Shown here in pieces: positions 1-14,759 of a stretch of DNA of 64,000 nucleotides. The stretch comes from Bugula neritina. Its lineage: Eukaryota > Animalia > Bryozoa. The stretch lies in contig OZ037773.1 of assembly GCA_964035545.1 (NCBI GenBank), positions 10,011,751 through 10,075,750 of the forward strand, in the 5' to 3' direction. The position numbers were made by a program, and so were the translations under genes. Position 1 is the first letter of the stretch. Every line of letters starts with the position of its first letter. Below the pieces are notes generated by a model. It saw only the letters and a program-made list of their open reading frames with translations. It searched no databases and was not told the origin of the DNA.

Positions 1-1780
1 CTTGGTGTTTATAGTATTATTGCTCCAATCATTTGCCTGGTTTGTAGAGCGTAGAGCAATTTTTATAAGTTTAATAGTCTGTAGAATGAAATTGTAGTTT
101 TATGGAATGGTGCAACTTTTAAAGAATATAACATTTTGACAAAATAATAGGATTTTAAAATTATAATATAACTTTTAGATGCAGAAATCAAAAGCATTAA
201 ATCAAAAGCTACTGTCTGTATTATATATAATGAATTTGTTTATTTATTTTGAGAAATTAGTAAAATATTTGATTTTTTTAACGATTGTTGACGTTATATG
301 TTGTTTTCCTACACCAATTAATAAAAGGCCAACTTTCTTTACTAGTATATGTATGGCAATATTATGATGAGCTAAAATATAGCAGGTGCATCACATTACA
401 TATAAGGAAAACATAAAACTGTGCAACATTACGGTATATCTGGGATTCAGCTATACCAACCAGTCAACTTTGTACAAGTAATGCATATTATTTACACAGC
501 TGCTTATAGAATACCATACCCATGACTGAGTTATCACAAAGGTATTGCCACTGGCCTTTATATAAAGCAGTTTCACCAGATACAAATACAGGTAACTGTC
601 AATTAGATATGTGCAAGCTTTCATTTTTGAGTTAGAGAAGTGGGAAAACTTAGTTATGTCAAATTCAATTCTAATAGGAGTGCAACATATATGCAATGCC
701 TTGTGTCAATCACAGAGATTAACAAATTCAACTTTTTATGGAGATATCTGCATGAAGGAATTTATTTATAAGTAAAGAGTAAAAAATTAGAATAATAAAT
801 CATATATATATTTGCACAATTACAGATATCCCAATGACACATTAGTACCGTTGCAACAGTAACACTGCAAGGCTTTGGAATCTTGCACTTTTATAGCAAA
901 CACTTATAGGTGAATTGAAAACTTCCATGTCCACATAAAATAGGAAAAAGAGAAAATATATTAGGCAGTACATTCATGATAAAACCACCTTAACACACCA
1001 ACTGACATAACTTGACAGCTGGATACAGATGACAGAGTGTCAGCAAAGGAATGGGATAACAAAATACATTGAAGTGATTCGTAGAAAGTGCTCATGTGAC
1101 TACAAATGTATATCTGCCCCTTAGATAGGCTATAGCTCTAACCCATGGTACTACGAAAGCTCATATTCATTGGTTAGTTACACATTATATAATATAATAT
1201 ATACTAACTGGGCATGCTAAAAAGATAAAAGAATGTAAATTATAAGTTATACCGGAGAGTATTTAGAATATAAATATATATTTAAAATTTTAAGTAAGGA
1301 GATATTCCAAGAACCTACTACTTTGCCAGGAGCGGACAACTCAGACATGGCCTGAGGTAATTCCGTCTACTAAACACCGGCATACCTCTAACCCATCAAC
1401 ACAGATGCATAACGCAAGCACTTAGATATTCTACTTCAACAACCATAAAAATTGAAACAACCGGATAAAAAATTGTTGAAATAAATGACTAAAAAGATAA
1501 TACAATCAATAAAATATGAAAAAAAATTGAAAACAGTAAATAAATTCATTAAATATGTGTACGTCGGATTTGTAGTGCTTGAATGACAACTCCAAAATCT
1601 TCTCATCCAGTCACATCTTTACTAGTGACGTCATCAGTTGTTGTGTGAAGGCATCATCACCAGTTATGGGGTACTATACTGTGACATCATCACATATAGC
1701 AGTTCTGGTGTAAACGTTGCCAGTTAGCTCAGCTGAAAAGCGACAAGTAGAATTGTGCGACTATGACAGCTTGTTGACCA

Positions 1781-1882
1781 ACACAGAGCAGCATATAACA
1801 ACACAGAGCAGCGTATAACAACACAGAGCAGCACATAACAACACAGAGCAGCACATAACAACACAGAGCAGCGTATAACAAC
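1781..1882. repeat. 20-bp minisatellite (acacagagcagcacataaca) x5
   Basis: Direct reading. Confidence 0.9.
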
Positions 1883-1943
1883 ATGAAGATGGCTTACAAT
1901 TAACATCTTCGAGGGAGAGTCAACACATTAAGAGTTTTCTCTC

Positions 1944-4900
1944 CTAATAATTGTAGCAGAAAAATACTGACCTCTTATTAGCCTGAGAACCCTCCTCGGG
2001 AATCTTGGGGGAGGTGAGTTGAGTGCCGAGGTTTCTTCTGGCAATGTAGTCGAGGACCTCGTGAGTAGCAGCAGCACCCGACTTGCTTGTGGCCGCCCCA
2101 CCCGTCTTGGACATCTGATTGCACGCAAGACCTGAGGCTACGTTCTCACCGGAATGATTTCTCTTTCTGTGAAAACAGAAGGAGACGAGACTTTGAAACA
2201 TGATCTTCTGCTTAGCCTCAGTTACAAACATATTGAGGTGTTCTATTCAACAACTCACACCACATTTTCTAATTTCTATATCTCTCTTTCCCTTGGGTTA
2301 AATAAAACAAGCAGACAGTCCAAACACCGAAAACAGCAATCAAAACTGAAGAAGGTTATAAATACCCACAGAGCCGGTACAGACCAATCAAAATGCTGAC
2401 AATTTATAGCCTAAGTACCTTTTGCTAAGCGGCTGGGCGGGTGGAGACATGGTGCCGACTAAAGAGCCGTTGAATCTGGCTGGAACTGTTGGGAGATGGC
2501 CTGTAGCCTGGGCACCTGTGTAACTCATGTGGGGCTGTTGTAGGGGGGCGTCGGACACCCCCTGCACATGCTGATGGGTCTGCAGCTCACGACTAGGCGT
2601 GTGCACTGGCCGGAAGTTACCTATAAGAGAACCAGATGTGGTATATCAGAGATAATACAGAAAACATATGCTTTGTGAAAGCCACCAGCAAACTACTTGC
2701 TGTTTCCAAATTAAAATATGGTGGTGGTTCGAATGATTTCAGTTACTGGAGACTTACTCTGCTTTTGCAGTTCTGATTGGGAAACTCATATACTCAATGA
2801 TGGTGCGCGTTCTTTGACTATAGTCTTACTACTCACTGAGTAGAGCAAGCTTTTCTGATAAATAAATTTGCTGCAAAAGTGGAGTTGCCTTTTCTAGATT
2901 GCCAGGAGAGGGAAGACAAATCCCAAATCCACTTTTGCATTGTGGGACTACTATAAAAGGTGTGCTGGGGAGAGCCTTACAGCTAGAAATGCTGGGGGGG
3001 GTTGACTTACCGTTAGGGGTGCTGGGGGGAGAGTTGAGATCAATAGAGGACACGGTGGACATGGGGAGGATAGTGGCAGGAGAGGACACATGGGAGAACT
3101 TGCCAGAGGGTGTTCGTCCCTGAGGAGGCCCAGAGTGGTGTCTAAAACACAAGGTAACAACAGATTATCGTGTGAAACGTGTCCGGGTAGCCAATCAGAG
3201 AAATATCAACTCAATAGTGGAGTTTCCTGGTGAGAAAATTTACAGGCGATCATGTTTATGTGACTCTTGAACAAGTGTAATGTGTTAAAAACATGTTTCT
3301 TTCCCAGACTAAGAGGGTATCTGTGCTCTGATTGGTCGGAATAACTTGCTGGCAGTGTACTAGGGGGATAATGTGCTAGCAGTGTAATACTCCTTAATAC
3401 AGGAGCTCACAACAGCTAGACTGAGTACTTAAGAGCTAGACTGAGTACCTAACAGCTGGACTGAGTACCTAACAGCTAGACTGAGTACCTCACAGCTAGA
3501 CTGAGTACCTAACAGCTGAAGCCACCAACCTGAATCTTTGATTTATCCCGGAAGACAGGCTGCGGTTAGGGCCGGACTTGAGTAGCTCGTAGATGACACT
3601 TCCCGAATTGGAGGAGACATTTGATTGGCTGTGAGGGAAATGTTGAGCAGGAAGCGAAAGCGTGGTCTGTGCCTAGCCAATCAGAAGAAGATAGATAGAT
3701 CAGTTGACTCAAGCTTCATATAACTGAGTGTTTCCAATACTGCACAGGGTTTTGGTTTTAGTTCTGATAACATGTGGTCACAAAGCAATATAAACGATTC
3801 ATGTTAAAACAATTACACAGTACCCGGTACCTGTTTATATAGAGAACACAACTCTTAAATAAACAATGTAATTTGCCAATTAGGCTAGGGCTGGGCATAC
3901 TTACAGAGAGAGGGCGGGCATACTTACAGAAAGAGGGCGGGACTTCTCCACAGTTGTCATGCTGCTAGTGCTCACGTTGCCGTTCTCAGCAGAGGTGTTT
4001 CCCTGGTCAATAATATTGAAGAGTTCACTGATCTCTTCGAGATCCTCGCTATCATTGTGAGCAGAGAGCTCATTGTTACTAGCGTACGGCTGACCAATAG
4101 AGTCCGTGTAGCTGCCGTGTTGCATTGCACCGGCATCCTTGATGGGCATGAACGCGCTGTTGTCGTTGTGACCAAACTCCACCCTCTGGAACTCCGACTC
4201 CTCCTGGGGGAAACTCTGCTGCAGGTGAGCCGGGTAATGGGTGTTGAAAGGTCGCGGCGAGTAGTAGGAACCGTCCTGATAATCTACAAGGGAGGACAAC
4301 TCTAACTCATTCCACAAAGTCTGAGAAGTGCAGGAGGTAATTTAATTTTCTAGAAGCTGGTTATTCTATGCTTCGTTGAAGATATTTTATTCACTTTGTA
4401 TGGATTAAAATTAGCGGGGAGTGAAACAGGGAGTAAATAAAAGGAACAAATATTTTAAACAAAGCTAAAGTCAGAGAAACTTATACAGAAAATTGTTATA
4501 TCTACCTACTCTGTATAACCAATCAGGTTATCTCTACCTACTCTGTATAACCAATCAGGTTATCTCTACCTACTCTGTATAACCAATCACGTTATCTCTA
4601 CCTACTCTGTATAACCAATCAGATTATCTCTACTTACTCTGTATAACCAATCACCAGATGGAACAGAGAGCAGACTGACCTGGAATGACAGGGGTGTTAC
4701 GGGCAGTGTTGGGGTGACTGAGACACTGGGTAGGGGTACTCGCAGGGGTGTTGCTGCTCATCATCTGCTGAGGAAACTCGAACCCCCTCGTATAGTCGAT
4801 GAGCGGAGTGTTGGGACAGCTCTGGATGATTCGAGGGTCGTATGGCTGGTATCTCATCTGCCCATTCATTGGCTGAGCCACCTGATTTGAGCCATTGTAT

Positions 4901-7900
4901 TGGCTGGTCACAGACGTGCTCCTTTCTATTGGGTTACTCTGAAATAACACAACTACTTAAAGTGTTTTTCATTATTGGTGGTTAGGATACATGAAACAGC
5001 AATGGCTACCCTTCAACAAGTGCGTGGAATCTCCACTAAAAGTGCCACAGTTTACAGAAACACCACTTCACAGTTGAACCTGACAAGTTGTTTAAGGAAA
5101 ATAAAAATTCAAGGAATCCTGTAGTTGACAGATTAGCTGTGCCAACAATTTCCTTTCCGTACAGAAATAGACAAGAGAAGACAACTCTACATATAAATCA
5201 TGTTCTAGATCACTCCAGCATTACATTCACACACTTAAGACGTAACATCCTACGTAAGGGATAATTATGTAGCCCGAGTGTGTTACCTGGGAGCTGATGG
5301 CAGTGAGTCTGCTCACTAGACCGCCCCGGCTGTCGGTCAGCAAGCTGCCGTCAAAACTATTGCGGTGGTTGCTGATTGGGTAGAGGGGTTTCTGCACCAC
5401 GATGCCTTCGTTAAAGACTGGGGAGGTGCAGGCCGAGCTGTTCACAGAGACTGCTACAAGATACAGTAGAGGTGTTGCTACAAGACACAGTAGAGGTGTT
5501 GCTACAAGACACAGTAGAGGTGTTGCTACAAGACACAGTAGAGGTGTTGCTACAAGACACAGTAGAGGTGTTGCTATAAGACACAGTAGAGGTGTTGCTA
5601 CAAGATACAGTGAACTAGTAGAAGTGAAGGGGGTGGATCACCGTGGAAAGGGGTGGATGACAAGTCAGGCAGAGGGGAGGATAAAGGCAGTTTGTAGGAC
5701 AGAATTAATGAAGGTGAGGGAAAAACAGGAATTCATAGGTTATTGACAAGAAACTGCATTATATTTAGAAGAGACTTGGTAAAGGAATGAGCTGCAAGAC
5801 CAAGTGCTTAGTCATGATGGGTTTTGCACTGCCAACATCAACATGTTTTGTTATGTTTACAATCTCAGGATGGTAAACAATGACTATATCTCTACTGTCC
5901 CTCACATACAGGCCATTCGCTGACCAACATTTACTGCTATGTACAAGAATAACTATCCAAAGGTCAATAACACCGGCTTGTTTACCACACTTAGAAACCA
6001 AAATATAAAATGTATTTTCAAACAGTGTTTGTGAAAGCCATTAGTAGAGCAGTGAGACAAGGCCTAGTTCTTAGGAAATACCTAGTGTTTGTGTGGGTGT
6101 GAAAACTAACTAAACATTTTTGATAAACATTTAGTTGTAAACAGCAATAGATGTTGGAAACTAGAACTTTTCAACATATCCAAATAGTCAGATACTACTT
6201 TAGAGAAGTGGAAACTTTCTCTTCTAGTGTCACTAATAATCTTATTATTCTTTTCTGAAACTAAATAGTAAACAAAAATTTATTTCAGGACAACTATTTT
6301 TCAGAACTGGGAATTTTATTAAAAAGTTTGTATATACAAATCTCAGGGATGGTGACTATAAACTTGCGTGAGTTTTTTATATATACAGAACTGTTAGATT
6401 CGGTTTTTATAGATAGGAAAAATGTGGTCTGCTAATTTTTTTTTTTCTGAGAATAGTAAATGATTACCATTAAAAATCCTGGCAAGATCCAAGAAGATAA
6501 TTACTGTTTAGATATAAAAAACAACATTGTTGCCCAGTCTGCAAAACAACCTGCTTTTAATGCCAAAATAGACAGTCATTGCCCTTCAGCCTATGCCAAT
6601 GCTGACAGACAGTTAGTTGCCTGTCAACTGTGAACAAGTGTCCCATGTGCAGGATCCTGCAGGTGTGATGTCACCAGATATAAATGACATCACTCAATTT
6701 ACCACCAACCACAGCTATTCACTACCATCAGCTTTTGCATAGATATTTGTGGCGTGGAAGCAGAAATATGTGTCCTAATGCAGGACATGGCAGATTTTAA
6801 ATCGGTTATAGTATTTGGTATTTTTAGTAACTTATAATGTTCACAGAATCAATGATATTTTCAAGTGTATTGTATGGATTTTGTTAAAGTAATAACTAAT
6901 CACCACTTTATAAGACCTCAAGATATGCCAAACTATAGAAAACTGCCCAGTTAGAGGTGTTCTTATTTCAAATGTTTTAAAAGAAATGTGAAATATTTCA
7001 GGTCACCTGTATTGTTATAGCATGTTTACAGAAGAGCACACAGAAAAGCAAACAACGCCCATGTGTTCCCATACATAGTGGGAGCTACACAATGCATGCA
7101 TAGGCTGGCTAAATGCTGTCAATAAGCAGTATCTGACAAACATAGCTGGCTTGTGGACTTTAAATCAGCTTTTTTTGTGTGTCAATGACTTTATTAGCTG
7201 GTAGTTAGAAATGTTGGTTGCTCTGGAATAAATAATTTTTTTTCAAATAAATGATAAGCTAAAAAAAATCCATACTAAATAAAAACATAATTAACAGAGC
7301 TTGGCGATAGCTGGTAAAAACCTCTCCCCCTATAAAACACATCCTGTTGGAAGGAGACCAGCAGAGAGAGAAAGCTAGACTTCCGAGAAATCTCCTTTAG
7401 GAAATGTGTTTTTCAATGACAACACGACAGACAAAACAAGCTGCTGGCGGTAAACAGCTTACTATACACATGGGCGTAAACAATGATCACAATTTACATG
7501 AAAAATAGATGATAAATTTCGAACTTTGGATTTATTTTTTATGAAAAATAGAAAGCTGATGGCTGTGACACGCAATACTTCCACATAGAGTAGACAAACA
7601 ACCAGCAGAATGGAGGAGCCTGGATGTGATGTCTGTAATTGTTTTATGAATTTGTTTATCTGTTGAATTGTGTCACACTGGGTACTGCTATCATCTGATT
7701 ACGTAACACCACACTTAAGTTGACAATAGATGAGTAGATATGATTCATTGTATTGTGTCAACCAGTAGTAGTTCCAGTATCATAGCTAATTGTAATAATT
7801 ACCATCATCTGATATTCTCTATACTTCTAAACCGAAATGTTTCTCCCTACCTGAACAGGGAGTAAACTTTACTATCTAAAAGGTCAGAAATTTGCAATAT

Positions 7901-10900
7901 TCTAAAAGGAACTTTTTTTTTATAAATTGGACTATAGAAAAATAATTAAAAGGCCGAGGAACTGTTGGGCTACATCCAATTCACAATGCCCACCAATAAG
8001 GTTCTCCATATCAATTAGATGATGTTACTGTAAACTAACCCACACTATCTGAAGAGATCAATACTATCTGGAGATATAAACTAACCCACACTATCTGAAG
8101 AGATCAATACTATCTGGATATATAAACTAACCCATACTCTCTGGAGAGATTAATACTATCTGGATATATAAACTAACCCATACTCTCTGGAGAGCTGCGT
8201 CTGCTCCCAGGTGCGCTACACGTCTGCATAGGAACTGGTCTCTGTGAACTGTCGGGGTCTGGCGTGGAGCTGGAACTGTGACTGTATCCCAAGTCGTCTG
8301 TATAGCCTGGCCTACTCACAGCATAGATATCTCTTATGTCATATATTCTACACATCTCTTATGTCATATATTCTACACATCTGTTATGTCACATATTCTA
8401 CACATCTGTTATGTCACATATTCTACACATTTGCTATGTCATATATTCTACACATCTGTTATGTAATATACTCTACACATCTATTATGTCATATATTCTA
8501 CACATCTGTTATGTCATCCTAGCTCTATGATGTCATTTCATGTAAAAGGACACACCCACCTTGAACCCTGCTGCTTGCTTAGTAATTTTTCCCTGAGTTT
8601 TTCTTGCAGTTTGAGCTGAGTTTCTCTGTGCTTGTTCACAGGCTGATTGTCCGCCAACTCTACAAACAGGAAACATATAAACAGGAAGTGCAAGGGAATA
8701 CAGGAGAGGGGTGAAGGGGTTGCTTGACATCACAAATAAAGGTTGGTTCACCTCCAAATAGGATAAAAACAGTGATTATATAATACCCAAGATATGATAT
8801 TGCATATTATGTTACGAAATGTCTGGCTGCGCAAGTAAACACACATTGAATTGGGTAGGTAAGAGTTCATGGATAAAATGATTGAAATTTTACAAAAGGG
8901 AGGGACTCAAGTTGGTTATTAAAAATTGCATTTCAACTTCAAACAGAAAATTGATTAATATATTCGTAGCTAGAGAGGATGTTGCAATTTATTGCTATGA
9001 TATGCCAGCTATACTTGAGTGAAGATCACAGATGGAAAGCGAGAGTTGAAGAGGCTGCCCAGGGCAAGACAAGCACCACATATTCATCTATTAAGTTTTT
9101 AAAGTGTATTTCTAACTTATAATTTCCGCAAAATTTATACACATGATCGTGAACATTTTTGCTTGATTTTATTTGCTTCCTTTCTTTATATTTGAGCAAA
9201 CATGATCTAGAAATTTTCAGTGCAAATGTATAGAATTATCAACTAACATATCAAACCATATGATTTTAACTAAATAGCTCAAAAGAGTAGCCGAAAACTA
9301 TAACTAAATTGACAGAAAAAGTGCAGTTGCTACTTGAGTGTGTGACTAAATACCGTCGGTATCCTTCAGACTGGCTGTGATGGTGAGAGCAGCACACGAC
9401 CTTGTCTGAACGTATCTGTTTCGGAGGAGGTACTTGGCCAGTTCGCCCAGAGACTGCATCTTCCTGCAGAGCACTGTACTCGCCCACTCACACACCAGCG
9501 ACTGGTACGCCTTGCTCAGCTCCTCCGCAGAATATGGGCTCTACAAACAGGCATGGAGTGAGTGAGTAGTGTGAGTGAGTATGGAGTGAGTGAGTATGGA
9601 GTGAGTGAGTAGAGTGAGTGACTATCATGGAGTGAGTGAGTAGAGTGAGTAAGTATGGAGTGAGTGAGTGAGTATGGAGTGAGTGAGTATGGAGTTGAGT
9701 ATGGAGTGAGTGAGTAGAGTGAGTGACTATCATGGAGTGAGTGAGTGAGTATGGAGTGAGTCAGTAGTACGAGTGAGTATGGAATGAGTCAGTAGAGTGA
9801 GTATGGAGTGAGTCAGTAGAGTGAGTATGGAGTGAGTGAGTAGTACGAGTGAGTATGGAGGGGAGGTTCACAACACAGAACGATGTTGCAGAGAATGGTT
9901 GCCTTAAAACTGTACAATAGACGAGTGGCAAAATTAGAGCCAAAACATATTTTTCTCCAAATCTTTCATTGCAAGTGTTTTGGCGAAGACCCTAGTGGGG
10001 GAGAGCTAGACAACTTCCTATATTGACAGCCGTGTATCACAAGGAGTTGGACCTAGATGTGAGATTAAAAAGTGTTTGTAGCCTGCAATTACTACTAGTA
10101 ATAGGTGCTAGTAATAGGTACTAGTAATAGGTACTAGTAATAGGTACTAGTAATAGGTACTAGTAATAACATGTTAGTGTGTGGCGTGTTCATCCATCTG
10201 ACCATCTCCCACTATCAGATGAGATGAACATCAGCTGAGTTTAACACCCACTAATAGAGGGTTACTGTATTGAGTAAACTTACAGGTGTATACTTATACA
10301 GAGCAGTTCTACATAAGCTACATCATACTAGGACACTACAGTTTAAATTGTGCAACAAGATGGTGTTACGATGATTTAGTATCAACATAGAAGACTGTGA
10401 AGAGCTGCTGGAAGATTATTCCAGATGCTACAAGGTGCTACATGCAGACAACCAGGTGCTGCATTATCTGAGCTAAACTTCATCTATAGATGAGAATAAA
10501 CTTACACTAATAAGAGAAGGTAACTCTGAGTAAGAATAATTGGTTGAGGAAAGAACAGGCTACTGCTAGAAGAGTGAAGTTGGCTGTATACTCTGTGAAT
10601 ACAGACAGCAGTGAGCTCACCATTATAGATTTCTGAGTATTATTTTCTGACTTTCTTCTGACTCCAACGTAGCAGTACTTGGAGCTGCCTCTGCTGCCCA
10701 GTCGTCTGTCCCTCGCATTCGGGAACATCGACTTGAGTATCCGACCAAAGTCAGCGGCGACCAGAGGCTTGTAGTTGTGGTCCTTGCAGTGCTGCCTGCA
10801 ACACGGTAGCACAATATACAATAATATATACATAGTATATACAACAATATACATAGTATATACAACATACCAGCTGGGAATACTGAGTGAATACCGAGTG

Positions 10901-13900
10901 GAATACTAGCTGGGAATACTGAGTGGAATACTAGCTGGGAATACTGAGTGGAATACTAGCTGGGAATACTGAGTGAATACTAGCTGGGAATACTGACTCA
11001 TAGTCCGTGTAGACATCACTCTTCTGCACAGGAATCTCTGCCTTCACGTCTTCCTCATAATGGATCTTTAAGAACTCGAATGCTATGACGTGCTCCGGTC
11101 TTGTAGGCCTTCGAATTTGACCTTTCGGCGACCTGACAATTAGAGAAGAGATAAAACTTGAAGATAAGAGCGCAGTCTACAGAACACGCAGTTAGTGTGG
11201 CAAGGAGCTGCGCTGATCACGTGTTTCACTCGAGTGTGTTCACTTCGATACTACAACATGATAGATTATTTCCGACAGACACAGCTCTATGAGATGACAA
11301 TACACAGGTGCCTGGATATTCTGAAGCACTAGCACCAACAAAACAGCTTCAATTCTTGTATCAATTTAATTTGGTGCAGCAATACTTATTAATCTATTAA
11401 TAATAATCATAGCCATGGCAATGCCAGCTGATCTACTGTGCAGCATTGCATACAACTCAGTCATCTGTCAAAACAACATTTTTCCAAAGAACAATAACAT
11501 CTTTCTGTAGGATATCAGAGTACAGCTCACAAAGCAATGGCTACCTGCTGATGCTACAGCCACTTGTCTTAACATACACTTTGATTTAACTATTAAACGG
11601 TTTGGAGATCTACACGAATTCTCCGTCACTTTTTGTCAACTTAGAAAGCTGGAGATTGTAGATACGAATTAGCCAAGCTTTGTGCATCTACTTTCTATGA
11701 ATTATATTGGCAAGTAGCTTTGAATTCTACACAGGAAGCAGCCATAAGGCAACTTAGTCCTCCTGTATCATGAGATTGATTTTATGGCACATATATATAC
11801 AGTAGATTGTCAGTCTCAAGCTTCCCCTAGGCATAGAAGACTAACACTGTGTCATGGAAACAGCAGGCTTATACAGACACTGACTAGTACCAACCACTGA
11901 GCTGAGAGAACAAGCATGAAATCTGTTTGATTATTTACATTGGGAAGGCAGCAAACAGTGCACACTGACATGAAGGATAAAACTCATTACTTGGTGCAGA
12001 GCTGCCAGAATCTGCTGACTTACTTTTCAAAGGGGGTATCGGCAGCCAACGCCTCCATCGCCTTGCCGTTGGTAACAGAACATTGCTTACCTGCAAGAGA
12101 AGACAAGAAGAGCTAATGGTCTGAAAAGAAACTCACATAACACACATCATCAACAGCAGAAACTTATGGTTCGACATTGCGTTTCCATGACTTGCATTAG
12201 GCAAGTGGATGAATTTGTGGTTGCATTTTGTATGAGCTGATGGCTGTGGGTTCATTTAATGCAACTGTTTACAAACATCTAATGAAGAATCCATTCACGT
12301 AATCCAAGCCGCAATGATAAGTTGTATCACAGACTGTATTTTATAGCAAAGAGTTGAATGAATACAGCCACGTAACACATAGCTATGCATATTTACCTAC
12401 CGTATTTAGACTTATTTACCTGCAACACGCTACAAAATCAGGCCTTGTAAGAGTTGAGTGGTATTTTATGTATAAAATATGTTTAGTAGTAGCAGGTTAA
12501 ACAATAAAATATTTTGGTCAAAACAGTTTGTTAATCTTGTGCATTCTATACCAGTTTCTCTTTATTGTTAATAAGAAACATATAAAGGCAAGCGAGTGTA
12601 TATTCTACTGATCAACCAGTCATACAAGAATGAACAATAATAGAAGGCAATGTTCCATCCCCTAAAAGGTGGCTGTGTGATGTTTGGCAAGGAAGCTGTT
12701 TGACTTCTACTTCAACACAGGAAACTGAATCTATCATGAATATAATTTAGAGCCGGATTGTTAGATGTTTATGTTTGTATTGCAAAAGACAACTGCAGTT
12801 GACTGAGTAATCTTTTCAGAGTATATGATAGAGAAACTAAATAATATATATGGAGGGATTACACGTAACTTGCTACTAGTTGTAAAAGAACTTGCTCATT
12901 TGATTTAGAAATGTTAACATTTTCAAGTCGAACTATAAACATTTTACCATACACATACTTGTATGTATGACCAATCAATTTATTTGAAAATGCAATACTA
13001 AAAAAAATGTCAAGAGCTTTTATTCAAGCACAATTTAAAAATTTGGTTTCAACGCAAAAAAACTGATTCCATTTATTTGAAAAGTCCAAACAAAAATCGC
13101 AATAGCCACAAACCAATTTTAAACTTTTTACTTTTACAGTTAATTTTCAACCCGAACACTCCATGCCTCAAAGATTAGCAGTTGGAAAGCTAGTTGACGG
13201 GCATTTCCAGTTGTACTAGTGCATGAGCACTTGCAACTCAGCTTGAACCAAAATGTTATTAGCTTCAGCAATGATTGAGAGATAATCATAATTTAGTGCT
13301 TGACTAATTCAATAGGAGTGTGCATATCAATAACCTAGCCTATGCAACAAGAAAATTTTGAAAACTTGTGTTACTGATTTATCAGTTTAGAGGATTAGTT
13401 TCAATTTACATAAATCGAATAAAAAACCAAATGTCAGTGAGATAGTTTCCATTGTACTTACTCAGCCTTCAGCTGTAATTCAGTGAGTTTAGTGAATTGA
13501 TATGCAAGTTGTAATTTTAATTTAAAACTTTGAAACAATAGCCTACAGGGCGATGCTACCAGCACCACTACAAAGTTTTGAGACTGTTACATACTAGAAG
13601 CAGAATGAAGTCAAACCTAAGGGTATTAGGATAATCTGCATGGGTTAATCCCACATGCCAAGAAAGTTGCAAGATATGCATTGAGAACATGATTATGAGT
13701 ATAGAATCACGCTGGAAAACCATAAGAAAGTCTGCAGTTTCAGTCATAGAGCATGAGATTGAGTAGTACTTTAAACATAACTTTGAAATTACACTCAATG
13801 TCAGCTACCAACTCAATGTGAGTGTCGGACTTATACTAAGAGTATTGTTTAGCAAGTGCAACCCAAAACTATCACCACGGCTATAGTTCTTTGTAACTTT

Positions 13901-14672
13901 GTAATTTTGGCCTTATTATGAGTACAGTGACTGAATCAGTAACTAAAACAGTGTCATTATTAGCATGTGCATCACTATCACTCTGATCTGAAATAACTAT
14001 CGCCATCACTATGATTATGACAATCAGTAATACACTAAATGACTAATACTAATAGTAATACTAATTGTATATGACAAGATAAATGTCAAAATGAGCTTAA
14101 ATATTTGCATTCATCAAATAATCTATACTCTTACAGTTAATTGAGTTATTGTTAATGTTTGTGATAATGTTGATGTGTCATACTTAATATTTACATTATA
14201 CTTGAGACTGTTACTGTTAGAGTAATAGTTATTGTTTCCATGCTTAATCCTTAAATTCAACTACTTAAAGTTGATGTAACTTAATTTATATCAAAATTAG
14301 ATTTAATTGTTAGTATTACTAAATTAACATTCAGATTGCCTAGAAGTAAATCATCATGGTCAATATGAATCTTTTTCATAACCGAAAAATAAAATTATTA
14401 ATAATTTAAAATAAAAATTGATTATAATATTAATATCAATATCGTAATGACAATCCTTATCAATAATTGATAATGAGCATCATTATGATTAAGGTTTACG
14501 ATATTAAGATTATTATTATAATCAATTTTTATTTTAAATTAAAATATCTGAACTGTCACTCACTCACTGTGAATATGAAATTGAACATCAATATGAATAT
14601 GAAAAGTATATTCATAGTTATATTGATTTGAATAGTTAAGAATGAACGTAATCATTTACCAGTCAGTTGCAT
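1944..14672 (-). CDS. RFX7: RFX7/RFX5-class winged-helix transcription factor (multi-exon)
   Basis: Exons 11132-10998 and 10795-10621 splice to [77 protein letters not shown], an RFX DNA-binding domain of the RFX5/7 type. Exon 9540-9354 gives [40 protein letters not shown], matching the RFX5/7 post-DBD helical region. Low-complexity S/T/P exons follow at about 8659-8558, 8318-8178, 5453-5287, 4939-4654, 4322-3924, 3675-3530, 3141-2831, 2620-2419 and 2167-1944 (SKRKR NLS-like across the last junction). The start (MQLTG at 14672, via exon 12090-12024) and the exact stop are tentative. Confidence 0.85.
3411..3517. repeat. 20-bp minisatellite (aacagctagactgagtacct) x5
   Basis: Direct reading; adjacent to an RFX7 donor. 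Confidence 0.9.
4497..4654. repeat. 31-bp minisatellite x5 at an RFX7 donor
   Basis: ttatctctacctactctgtataaccaatcag units. Confidence 0.9.
5452..5610. repeat. 24-bp minisatellite x6.5 containing an RFX7 acceptor
   Basis: tgctacaagacacagtagaggtgt units. Confidence 0.92.
8031..8193. repeat. 46-bp tandem repeat spanning an RFX7 donor
   Basis: taaactaaccc at 8031, 8077, 8123 and 8169. Confidence 0.9.
8328..8517. repeat. 25-bp minisatellite (tgtcatatattctacacatctgtta) x7.5
   Basis: Fills most of a short RFX7 intron. Confidence 0.9.
9553..9860. repeat. Compound GAGT/GAGTATG satellite
   Basis: Direct reading. Confidence 0.88.
10093..10168. repeat. 13-bp minisatellite (actagtaataggt)
   Basis: Direct reading. 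Confidence 0.88.
10810..10997. repeat. Intronic tandem repeats (atatac-rich; tagctgggaatactgagtggaatac)
   Basis: Fill the intron splitting the RFX DBD. Confidence 0.85.
14403..14540. repeat. Inverted repeat (about 45-bp arms, outer 26 bp perfect)
   Basis: aatttaaaataaaaattgattataat at 14403 and attataatcaatttttattttaaatt ending at 14540; inner aatatcgtaa/ttacgatatt. Confidence 0.8.
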
Positions 14673-14759
14673 TTTTTGTTTCCAGACACATAGAGCACAT
14701 CACATTGCTGACTGCAAAAGCTTCATCCAAGATAATGACAGCACAAGTAACAAGCTGAA

